A stretch of 64,000 nt of DNA from Clostridia bacterium (lineage in GTDB: Bacteria > Bacillota > Clostridia > Acetivibrionales > JAFADI01), in assembly GCA_026417615.1 (NCBI GenBank), contig JAOACY010000033.1:464-64463 (forward strand). Reading direction: 5' to 3'. Below, in pieces: positions 56,297-64,000 of this stretch; the stretch's first letter is position 1, and every line of letters starts with the position of its first letter. The notes beneath the pieces were generated by a model. It was not told the origin of the DNA. It ran no database searches and saw only the letters and a list, made by a program, of their open reading frames with translations. The position numbers and the translations under genes are program-made.

Positions 56297-57841
56297 TTAT
56301 TGGTATTTATTTCTTAATTCAGCTAAAGCTCTGAAATCTGACTTGACATTTTCGTAAAGGCTCTTGTAAACCTTGAAGTAATCCATATAAAGCTCATGAG
56401 TTGATTTATCCGGCTCCATACGTTCTACGTATTCAACTTTCTTCTTAGCAATAGAAAAATCTTTGAAAATCCCTGTAGCTACACCAGCAAGAATTGCATC
56501 CCCGTAAGGAGCTCCAACTCTGCTCTTTACCAGCACCGTCGGAATATTGAAGGCATCGGTTATGATTCTCCTCCAAATTCTGCTTCTGGCCCCGCCTTCA
56601 TTAAGCACTATGGGATAGTTGATTTTTCTTCCTGTATCCTTTATAAGACGGAAGGAATCATACAGCGCATATGCCACAGACTCCATCATTGCCCTTACAA
56701 GGTGAGGCTTTGTGTGTGAAAGAGACAGTCCGAAAATCACTCCCCGGGCATAAACATCCCATATTGGAGTTCTCTCACCCATAAGATATGGAAGAACAAC
56801 TAATCCGTCACTCCCCGGCCTTATCTTCTCTGCTTCCATGTCCAGAAGCTGGTAGGAGCTCATATTCACAAGCTTCTCCATTTCAATTTCCACAGGAGAG
56901 AAGTTATCTCTCATATACCTTAGCAGCTGTCCTCCTGTGGTAGTGGTAGGTATGGTTATATACGTGCTCCTTGAGTCTGTAGTGTATGCGCATGCTATCA
57001 TACTTTCAAGGAATGTGGGATCTTTGTGGATTATTCCGAAGTTGCCGCAGGTACCCAGGTTCATCTGAATATCTCCCTCTTCGACAGCTCCAGCTCCCAC
57101 CCATCCTGCATTACAGTCAACCTGCCCTGCAGCAACAGGTATTCCGCAAGCAAGACCGGTTTGTCTTGCCGCTTCTTCAGTAACCTCGCCTATAATTTCC
57201 TCACAGGCATAGGCATCAGGTATAAGGCCCATATCAATGCCTATTTCTTCCATAAGCTTTTCATCGAACTTCCTGGTAAGCAGGTTGTAGGCAACGGCAT
57301 AGAAAGCACCTGCAGAATAGTTCATGGTCGCTTTTCCTGTCAGCTTCAGCCTTATATAGCCGTCAATCGTTAATGCCTTGTAAATCCTCTTGTAGTCCTC
57401 AGGCCTGTTGTCCCTCTCCCACATAAGATTGACAATTGCAGGATGATCGTCCAGCCTGTTTCCTGAGATTTTAAATATTCTTTCCTCACCTATGTTGTCC
57501 TTAAGCCATTGAACTTGCTTTGTAGCCCTTCGGTCCATAAGGTTGTATGCAAAATTAATGGGGTTGTGGTTTTTGTCCACCATAACCATTGACGGCAGCG
57601 CAGAGGATGTGCCTATGCCCTTTATGTCCTTCGGATTAATACCGGACTTCAGCAAGCATTCCCTTATGAGCTCACAGGCAATAGACCAGTACAGGTTCGG
57701 GTCATGCTCCGACCATCCCGGCTTTTCTGTATATATGGGATACTCCCTGAAGGAATAGCTGAGCACATCGGCCTCATCATTCATGATGCAGGCTTTAGCT
57801 CCGCCCGTACCATAATCGATTCCCAACAAATAACTCGCCAT
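56297..57841 (-). CDS. FGGY-family carbohydrate kinase (cluster 2)
   Basis: [13 protein letters not shown] and [18 protein letters not shown] motifs; 514 aa. Confidence 0.9.
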   Translation of the reverse strand: MASYLLGIDYGTGGAKACIMNDEADVLSYSFREYPIYTEKPGWSEHDPNLYWSIACELIRECLLKSGINPKDIKGIGTSSALPSMVMVDKNHNPINFAYNLMDRRATKQVQWLKDNIGEERIFKISGNRLDDHPAIVNLMWERDNRPEDYKRIYKALTIDGYIRLKLTGKATMNYSAGAFYAVAYNLLTRKFDEKLMEEIGIDMGLIPDAYACEEIIGEVTEEAARQTGLACGIPVAAGQVDCNAGWVGAGAVEEGDIQMNLGTCGNFGIIHKDPTFLESMIACAYTTDSRSTYITIPTTTTGGQLLRYMRDNFSPVEIEMEKLVNMSSYQLLDMEAEKIRPGSDGLVVLPYLMGERTPIWDVYARGVIFGLSLSHTKPHLVRAMMESVAYALYDSFRLIKDTGRKINYPIVLNEGGARSRIWRRIITDAFNIPTVLVKSRVGAPYGDAILAGVATGIFKDFSIAKKKVEYVERMEPDKSTHELYMDYFKVYKSLYENVKSDFRALAELRNKYQ

Positions 57842-57852
57842 GTAAAAACCTC

Positions 57853-59259
57853 CTAAGCGTTATGTCTGTAAACTTCCCATCCAAGATACTTACCCAGAGC
57901 TTCTTCAAGCACTGCTGCCACCTTTGATCTATTCATGGCAACGTGATGCTCAAAACCATTCTTACATATGAATTTCATCAGGTCTTGCAAGCCAGGCACC
58001 TTACATACTGCAACTCCGCCCATTGTGTTTATCGGGTCACTGGTAAACTCGCCCTCGCCCACATAAACCTTGATTTTCCCGTTTGTATCATCTGTTGTGA
58101 TTTTTGCATAAGTCATGGGTCCTTCAGCTATATTGGCCTTGCAGGCTCCAAAGCATTTTTCCGCGCCAAGGGTGTTACCCAATATATCAAGATTTGATAT
58201 TTCAAATTCTTTTCCAATAAAGCTCTTTGGGTAGTTTGAGCAGTGAATGTTTACACACTTGTCTCTGTCTTCAAGATAGTTGTTGTTCCAGTCAAGATAT
58301 CCTGAAGGCTGACCTGAAGCAAGGTATAATGCATACATACTCAAAGCTCCTGTTATATCCATTTCGCAGGCACTTGGCATTCCCTTTTCTCCCATCATGC
58401 TCATAGACAGGCAGGTTGCGCATCCATAGTTCTCTTCTATGGAGCTCCAGCACTGAATTGCGCTTGCATGACATTCGTTGTCCTTAAGCCACTTTTCTAC
58501 TGTTAGGCTAAGCTTTGCCTGCTTTATAATGTTTTCTTCCGGTATATATTCAGGTATTTTCCCATAAGCCTTTATTTCAGCCACCCTGTCCATTACCTCT
58601 TTTGTGTTTTCCATGCTTTTTGCTGCAAAAATAATTTCGGAGAGGTCAACTACACAGGTTGTGATTCCTGATGCCTGAAGAAGCTTTTCGGAAAAACGCA
58701 CTGTCTGGAAAGGTCCGGGCCTTGCTCCAATTGCGCCTACCCTGGCTGTCTTCATGCCTTTTACTACTCTGCATACACTTGAAAAGAATTCAATATCCCT
58801 TGTAAACTCCTCACTGTCTATCCTGCAGGTGTGAAGTGTCGTATCCGTAAATTTTATATTGTACTGGTAGAGGTTATTGCATACAGACAGCTTTCCGCAG
58901 AAGGAATCCCTTCTATTGGAGATGTCCATTTTATCGAGGTCATCGTCGCATGCCTGAACCAATACCGGTACATCCAGCTTTGCCATGCTTATTGCGTTTA
59001 CAACGCCAACCTCATCTCCGAAATTAGGAAGAATTACAATAATTCCGTCTATTTTTTCCCTGTTGTCACTGAACAGCTTGGCACACTTCTTAGCATCCTC
59101 ATAGGTCTCTACCGCTCCATAGATTGTATCGCTTTCAGACAGGATAACGGCATCATGACCCATTTTTTCAAGCTTGGCAAGTATTTCCTTTCTGCCCTGC
59201 TGCGCGAGTATTGCAGGAAAAAAACCTCTCGTTGAAACAATTACTCCAAAAGTACTCAT
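57853..59259 (-). CDS. L-fucose/L-arabinose isomerase-family protein
   Basis: 468 aa. N-terminal [12 protein letters not shown] and overall COG2407-like layout. Confidence 0.7.
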   Translation of the reverse strand: MSTFGVIVSTRGFFPAILAQQGRKEILAKLEKMGHDAVILSESDTIYGAVETYEDAKKCAKLFSDNREKIDGIIVILPNFGDEVGVVNAISMAKLDVPVLVQACDDDLDKMDISNRRDSFCGKLSVCNNLYQYNIKFTDTTLHTCRIDSEEFTRDIEFFSSVCRVVKGMKTARVGAIGARPGPFQTVRFSEKLLQASGITTCVVDLSEIIFAAKSMENTKEVMDRVAEIKAYGKIPEYIPEENIIKQAKLSLTVEKWLKDNECHASAIQCWSSIEENYGCATCLSMSMMGEKGMPSACEMDITGALSMYALYLASGQPSGYLDWNNNYLEDRDKCVNIHCSNYPKSFIGKEFEISNLDILGNTLGAEKCFGACKANIAEGPMTYAKITTDDTNGKIKVYVGEGEFTSDPINTMGGVAVCKVPGLQDLMKFICKNGFEHHVAMNRSKVAAVLEEALGKYLGWEVYRHNA

Positions 59260-59281
59260 TTAATTAAACCTCCTTTATTTG

Positions 59282-59297
59282 TTAAACCGGTTTTATA
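59282..59297. promoter_or_regulatory. AAACCGGTTT palindrome, site 1 (candidate LacI-family operator, intra-operon)
   Basis: TTAAACCGGTTTTATA overlaps the stop codon of the TIM-barrel gene, about 25-35 nt upstream of the isomerase start. Confidence 0.5.
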
Positions 59298-60192
59298 TTG
59301 TTACTTTATATCCGTTTGGAAACTCTTCACTTAACTGATACTCAGCTATTCTTTCAAGGAATTTGAGGTAGTCTATACCGTCCTTGCAAGCCGTCTCTGA
59401 GTCAGGTATCATCGGAGCGCTTTCAATTGTACAGTATCCATTATATCCTGTTTTCTTCATCGCACGGATTACAGACTTGAAATCTACGGTGCCGTATCCC
59501 GGCGTAAGTGAATTTGAATCACGGAAATGCATATGCCAAAGCAGCGGCTGGGCATCAATTATTGCTTCATAGGGATTTAATTCTTCAAAGTTAGCATGGA
59601 ACCAGTCTATCTGTATTCCAAGATTGTCTCTTTGTGTAAGCTCTATCACCCTTTTGTGATTCATCACTGTATTTACATATTTACCCATCTCCAGGTGATT
59701 GGTGGCTTCAAAAACAATTTTTACACCCTTTGCTTTTGCATAGTCGCACATTTCCCTTAGGGCGTCCACAGCGATGGCAGTACATTCGGAGACATTGTCC
59801 CTGTTTATTGGCCCGTGGATAGCTACCGCTGCTGTAACAAATGGTGCTCCAAGCTCCGCGGCAAAGTCAATTGAGGTTTTTGTTTCCGAAACAGCCAGGT
59901 CAGCTGTTTTCTTCTCTGTCAGTGTTTTGTAAACAGGAGAGTAGGGGTCCCACGCTTCGCCCCAGCATTCGTTGATGCAGGAAACCTGCAGACCGTAATA
60001 ATCCTTTAATCTTTTGTGAGTCTTAGCATAGCCGTCGATTTTTACACCAAGACCGTACCGCCCCTTGGGAGGAGTGATTTCTATGGCATCATAGCCATAT
60101 TTCTTGAGACGTTCATAGGTCTTTTCAGGCTGGAGGTATGCTTCCTCCTGTCCGAATGTAAGCTGGAAATAACTAAATTTGAGCTTTTCCAT
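59293..60192 (-). CDS. Xylose-isomerase-like TIM-barrel sugar (phosphate) isomerase/epimerase
   Basis: YGYDAIEI, FEATNHLE and HMHFRDSN motifs. I prefer ATG 60192 (RBS AGGGGGA) over the track start at 60255. Confidence 0.8.
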   Translation of the reverse strand: MEKLKFSYFQLTFGQEEAYLQPEKTYERLKKYGYDAIEITPPKGRYGLGVKIDGYAKTHKRLKDYYGLQVSCINECWGEAWDPYSPVYKTLTEKKTADLAVSETKTSIDFAAELGAPFVTAAVAIHGPINRDNVSECTAIAVDALREMCDYAKAKGVKIVFEATNHLEMGKYVNTVMNHKRVIELTQRDNLGIQIDWFHANFEELNPYEAIIDAQPLLWHMHFRDSNSLTPGYGTVDFKSVIRAMKKTGYNGYCTIESAPMIPDSETACKDGIDYLKFLERIAEYQLSEEFPNGYKVTI

Positions 60193-60235
60193 TAAAAAAT
60201 TCCCCCTTTTTAAATAGACTTGATATGATAAATAG

Positions 60236-60288
60236 ATTGAAATGCCTTTGAACAATTGCTTTTACACCAATGTAAGTTATTTATCGTA
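60236..60288. repeat. Family-2 element, short copy D
   Basis: TTGAAATGCCTTTGAACAATTGCTTTTACACCAATGTAAGTTATTTATCGTAA compared with C 27826-27878, TTGAAATGCCTTTGAACAATCACTTTTCTCCCAATGTAAGCTATTTATCGTAA: about 6 mismatches in 53 nt. Confidence 0.7.
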
Positions 60289-60308
60289 ATATGTTATATA
60301 TTTAAAAT

Positions 60309-60326
60309 TATAAAACCGGTTTTATA
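60309..60326. promoter_or_regulatory. AAACCGGTTT palindrome, site 2 (candidate LacI-family operator of the cluster-2 operon)
   Basis: TATAAAACCGGTTTTATA is a perfect 18-bp palindrome. It lies between the LacI-family gene stop (60341) and the operon start (60192). Confidence 0.6.
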
Positions 60327-60340
60327 TAAGACAAAAAAAA

Positions 60341-61405
60341 TTATCCGGTGAAGATAATACTGCTATCCCTTACAATCAGTCTGGGTTCAAATATAATTTT
60401 TTTAGACTGACCCTTTTCATCACCATTCAATCTTTTATATATCAATTCCGCCGCGGTTCTGCCTATCTCTGACTGGGCAATGGATACTGTGGTAAGCTTT
60501 GGCTTTACTCTTGATGCAGTATCTATGTTGTCCATACCTACAAGGGCTACATCCTCAGGCACCTTGATTCCGCTATCCTCAAAAGCCCTCAGAGCCCCCA
60601 GAGCCAGCATGTCATTTGCTGCACAAACAGCCGTGGGCCTTTCCTTCATGGAAATGAAGTATTTGCTTGCCTCGTAACCCGTAGTCTCAGAATAGTTTTT
60701 CCAGAATACCAGATCCTCTCTGACTTTAAGGCCGCTTTCTATGAAAGCACTGCAGTACCCCTCATAACGTTCCGTGAAAACCTCCAGTTCCTTGACGCCG
60801 CCTATATAACCTATACTCGTGTGCCCCTGCATAATAAGGTGCTTAACTGCAAGATACATACCTTTCCTTGTGTCTACACCCACATAATCAAACCGGTCTT
60901 CCTCCCTGCCGCCAATGGTGGAAACACACATACTGCTCAGCACCAGGGGACAATTAATTCGTTCAATTTCCTTCAGATGCTCCTTTGAAAAGCTCAGATT
61001 TATTAGAATAAGTCCGTCCGCATAGTGCTCGTGCAGCATCTTAAGAACCTTTATTTCGTCACTTTTCTTACCCTCTGTATAGTATAAAATCATTGAGTAG
61101 CCATTGTACTTGACAACATCCTGCACAGCCTTGACCATGTCAACGTAGAAAGGGTTGTCGGTGTCGGGAATGGCCATCATAACAAGACCGGTCTTTTTAG
61201 TTTTCAAGGTTCTGGCTGCCCTGTTCGGAATATACTTCAGATCCTTCATCGCCTTTTCGATCTTCTGCCTTGTTTCATCCTTTATGTAGCCTATGTTGTT
61301 CAAGGTCCTTGAGACAGTGCCGGGTGATACTCCTGCTGCTTTAGCAATATCATATATAGTTGGATTAGGTGTTCTAATTTTGTTTGTCATGGTCATTCCT
61401 ATCAT
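60341..61405 (-). CDS. LacI-family transcriptional regulator
   Basis: HTH TIYDIAKAAGVSPGTVSRTLNN plus a PBP-type effector domain. The start is uncertain: 61405, or 61390 with a weak AGGA. Confidence 0.9.
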   Translation of the reverse strand: MIGMTMTNKIRTPNPTIYDIAKAAGVSPGTVSRTLNNIGYIKDETRQKIEKAMKDLKYIPNRAARTLKTKKTGLVMMAIPDTDNPFYVDMVKAVQDVVKYNGYSMILYYTEGKKSDEIKVLKMLHEHYADGLILINLSFSKEHLKEIERINCPLVLSSMCVSTIGGREEDRFDYVGVDTRKGMYLAVKHLIMQGHTSIGYIGGVKELEVFTERYEGYCSAFIESGLKVREDLVFWKNYSETTGYEASKYFISMKERPTAVCAANDMLALGALRAFEDSGIKVPEDVALVGMDNIDTASRVKPKLTTVSIAQSEIGRTAAELIYKRLNGDEKGQSKKIIFEPRLIVRDSSIIFTG

Positions 61406-61460
61406 TTGGGTTTGTTATGTAAAATATACCACAGGAGCTTTTGTGAAACAAGCTGCAATA

Positions 61461-61478
61461 TGTAAAACCGGTTTCATG
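61461..61478. promoter_or_regulatory. AAACCGGTTT palindrome, site 3 (candidate autoregulatory operator)
   Basis: TGTAAAACCGGTTTCATG, about 55-75 nt upstream of the LacI-family gene start. Confidence 0.5.
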
Positions 61479-61540
61479 TTTATATTATAATTCATGTAGA
61501 ATAATATTACAAGCAGTTTTTTTCTTTTCTTTAGAAATAA

Positions 61541-61650
61541 AATTGATTGTTCTGCAAAATAGCTTTTCTTGAAACAAGATGAATAAATCATTTATTCAAA
61601 TAATGGCTTTTTCTGTAAAATCAGCATCGAAACGGTTCTGCATTAGCTGC
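61541..61650. repeat. Family-1 element, copy E (partial/rearranged)
   Basis: AATTGATTGTTCTGCAAAATAGCTTTTCTTGAAACAAGATG is collinear with A 17591-17639, including the exact 21-mer AGCTTTTCTTGAAACAAGATG (61561-61581). The distal CATCGAAACGGTTCTGCA resembles A's right arm. Confidence 0.6.
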
Positions 61651-61720
61651 TTAAAACCTGGATAAAATCCTGACATATTGAGAATACTACATGTAAATAT
61701 TAAGTTTTTGGAGAATTTCT

Positions 61721-62053
61721 ATGGATAGAGCCTTCAAAGCTCCTTTGTGGTTTATAAAAAGCAGAAACACAATCTACTATGTGCTTGGAGTAATAGAAGT
61801 ATTGCTTACGCTCCGGTTCATTTTCATGCTCCTTGGAGCAAATGCAAGAAGCGGTTTCGTTGCATTTTTATACTCCGTTACAAACATTTTCGCAGCGCCT
61901 TTTTCCGGCATTTTCAATCCCTTTGTAACCGGCGGCCTTGTTTCACGCTCTGTTTTTGACCCAGCCACCTTAGTAGCCATGCTTGTTTACGCTCTGGCGG
62001 GCTGGGGGCTCGTAAGGCTGCTGTGGGTCAAAGCCGCCAGAGACGGGGGCTGA
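61721..62053 (+). CDS. YggT-family small membrane protein
   Basis: 110 aa with two to three TM segments (VLGVIEVLLTLRFIFMLLGAN...), resembling the YggT/Ycf19 pattern. Confidence 0.55.
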   Translation: MDRAFKAPLWFIKSRNTIYYVLGVIEVLLTLRFIFMLLGANARSGFVAFLYSVTNIFAAPFSGIFNPFVTGGLVSRSVFDPATLVAMLVYALAGWGLVRLLWVKAARDGG

Positions 62054-62244
62054 AGGTATTAGTCCTTTGGGCAGATTTCTATTCCTTCGCTTTTGTTCCA
62101 ATCCATGGTTTTCCACTTTTCATATTTGTCATATCCGCAACATCAGCCTCTTTATATCCCGGTAGCAAATAAATTATAAATACTGGCATTTTTATATAAA
62201 AAATGTTATTATTTAAATAATTTGTTCCTGGAGGTGTTTGTAAA

Positions 62245-64000
62245 GTGGAAATGAAGCAAAGCTTCAGAAAGCTTCTTGACGCTCAAAAAGGGCTGGTGAA
62301 GGAGCTTGACAGCCTAGTGGGAGAGTTTGAGGCCAGTGATTTTGTCAATCAGAACATTTCCTTGCAGAAAGAGCTTGAAAACTTCAAGAAGCTGAACGAG
62401 GAATTAAAAAAGAATTATTACCAGGCAAGGAAGGAAAATGACAGCCTGAGGGCAGCTCTAAAGGAACAGATTCTTGACGAGAAGCTCAATATATTGAGAA
62501 TTTCAAAGAAAAAAATGGAAGCCTATTTTCAGGATATGTCTGAAAAGTACAATAATGGTCTTATCGCTCTCGAACACAGCGCTGCGGAGAGGCTGGCCAA
62601 TATGAAGCTGATTGCCTCAAGGGAGCTGGGCAATGAAAAGGAAGCCTTCATAAAAGAAGCAGAAAGACTCTTCCTGGAGCTTCAAAGCAAGATAAAAGCC
62701 AAAATACAGAATCAGGCTGCAGAAAAGCAGAAAGCGCTTGATGAGATTTCAGAAAGTTACAGCCGCCTTGAATCCAAGGACATCAGCGAAGAGGAAATTC
62801 AAAAAAGGGTCAGGCAGAACAATTTAGAAGTAAAAATCGGTCTGAACCTTATAAACAAGGCAGGCATACTGCTTATTCTTATTGGCATAGCAACGGGCCT
62901 GGGGTATTCCTATAAATTCTTGTCGCCAGCCTTGAAAGGTATATTTGCATTTGTAATCGGAGGGTTGTTCCTTGCGGCCGGAGAATTATTCAGCCGGAAG
63001 GAGAAAAGCGCCGTTGCTCTGGGCTTTACGGGCGGAGGCATAGGCATACTGTACCTGGCTATATTCAACTGTTACTTTGTGCTTCACATAATTGAAATGC
63101 CAATAGCATTGCTCCTTTCAGTTCTTGTTACTGCTGCGGCATTTACGTTTTCCCTTGTTTATGATTCGAAAACCATATGCTCCCTTGCTCTGGCAGGAGG
63201 CTTCCTTCCATTTTTCAGCTACTCCTTCTCGCATGAAATGGCTGCGGATGCCATTTATATTGCAATGGTCTATCTTTTCATACTGAACCTTTTGACCATG
63301 TCGATTTCACTATTCAAGAAATGGGATATAGCAAACTATATAAGCTTCATATTAAACGTACCTACCCTTATTTACCTTATCTCCTTGGTTCCTCACGAGG
63401 GTGCGTCCATACTTTACAGCATCCTCACCTTCTCCATGTACCTTGTTGTCATCCTGGCCTATCCCTTCAGGCACAAAACAGGCCTTAAGGCAGTGGACTC
63501 AATCTTCCTCGGCCTTAATACCGCTATAAGCTGCACAATCATTTTTTCATTGTTTGAGGCTTCAAAAGCAACTGTCCTTGGTGATTTAAGGCTCAAAGAC
63601 TTCAAGGGCCTGCTGGCAGTGATGTTCTGCCTCATATACTTTGGACTCGGACAATTTGTGGAAAAGAAAATGTCCTCGGAAAAATTCGCAAGGGTATTAT
63701 TCTACCTTACATCCTTTACCTTTGCAGTCCTCATGATACCCTTCCAGTTTGGCGTGAAATGGCTTGCCATGGGATGGCTGGTTGAAGGTGTGTTGATGAT
63801 AGCATACGGCTTCAGCAACAAGCTTAAGGGCCTTGAAACAGGCGGATGGATAGTTTATGCCCTATGCTCTCTTGTATTCTTTGCGGCAGAGTTCCTGCCC
63901 TTCGTCCTTTTGGGAGAAAGGACCAACCCGAACCTTTTCTACTTCAAGTATTCAGCAATAATTGCGGGCTCCTTGTGCATACTGTTTGTTTACCTTTATG
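62245..64000 (+). CDS. Large polytopic membrane protein with an N-terminal coiled-coil (DUF2339-like); 3' end runs off the window
   Basis: My own translation: GTG 62245 (GGAGG 10 nt upstream) or ATG 62251, open to 64000. About 190 aa of heptad-like charged sequence (KELENFKKLNEELKKNYYQARKENDSLRAALKEQ) is followed by many TM helices. Missing from the track because it has no in-window stop. Confidence 0.6.
   Translation, partial: MEMKQSFRKLLDAQKGLVKELDSLVGEFEASDFVNQNISLQKELENFKKLNEELKKNYYQARKENDSLRAALKEQILDEKLNILRISKKKMEAYFQDMSEKYNNGLIALEHSAAERLANMKLIASRELGNEKEAFIKEAERLFLELQSKIKAKIQNQAAEKQKALDEISESYSRLESKDISEEEIQKRVRQNNLEVKIGLNLINKAGILLILIGIATGLGYSYKFLSPALKGIFAFVIGGLFLAAGELFSRKEKSAVALGFTGGGIGILYLAIFNCYFVLHIIEMPIALLLSVLVTAAAFTFSLVYDSKTICSLALAGGFLPFFSYSFSHEMAADAIYIAMVYLFILNLLTMSISLFKKWDIANYISFILNVPTLIYLISLVPHEGASILYSILTFSMYLVVILAYPFRHKTGLKAVDSIFLGLNTAISCTIIFSLFEASKATVLGDLRLKDFKGLLAVMFCLIYFGLGQFVEKKMSSEKFARVLFYLTSFTFAVLMIPFQFGVKWLAMGWLVEGVLMIAYGFSNKLKGLETGGWIVYALCSLVFFAAEFLPFVLLGERTNPNLFYFKYSAIIAGSLCILFVYLY

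Noticed and set aside
1-64000. I looked for CRISPR arrays, transposases/IS elements, integrases, toxin-antitoxin pairs and recognisable phage-defence genes.
   Set aside because: None were found. The only repeats are the two palindromic intergenic families and short operators reported above.

Overview
The window looks like a Clostridia-type Firmicute chromosome segment, judged from GGAGG-type ribosome binding sites (RBS), an SLH surface protein and polysaccharide-utilisation gene content. I found no CRISPR array, transposase or prophage genes.

- **1-7043:** one minus-strand ORF of more than 2,340 codons. The ORF track missed it because it runs off the left edge. It encodes a secreted, SLH-anchored, multidomain protein with a central PHP phosphoesterase domain.
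- **7.3-13.9 kb:** housekeeping genes: ssrA (tmRNA), smpB, a PHP phosphoesterase, a DUF402 protein, a lytic transglycosylase, tsaD and a flavodiiron protein. A 480-bp AT-rich spacer between convergent genes carries a cluster of DnaA boxes.
- **14-24 kb:** a corrinoid methyltransferase set (corrinoid protein, UroD/MtaA-like methyltransferase, MeTr-like methyltransferase, PocR-AraC regulator). It is split by a large glycoside hydrolase and a MarR/ABC-2 exporter operon.
- **24-29 kb:** dapF-dapL-tyrS, a gtrA-like gene and four tRNAs (Glu, Asp, Thr, Tyr).
- **29-33 kb:** a ROK regulator, an anSME-like radical SAM enzyme and a split CHR transporter.
- **33-61 kb:** a large carbohydrate island and the strongest candidate for an uncharacterised system. 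Two paralogous operons each encode a SIS isomerase, a Zn-dependent alcohol dehydrogenase (Zn-ADH), a SAF-domain NAD oxidoreductase (COG4091-like) and an FGGY kinase. They bracket a ribose-type (CUT2) ABC transporter, a histidine kinase/AraC-type response regulator pair with two membrane-anchored binding proteins, and an MFS transporter.
- **Right edge:** yggT and a partial DUF2339 membrane protein, also missed by the track.

Non-coding signals not explained by genes are two families of roughly 200-bp imperfect palindromic intergenic repeats with short deletion derivatives, and three AAACCGGTTT palindromes flanking the LacI-regulated operon.
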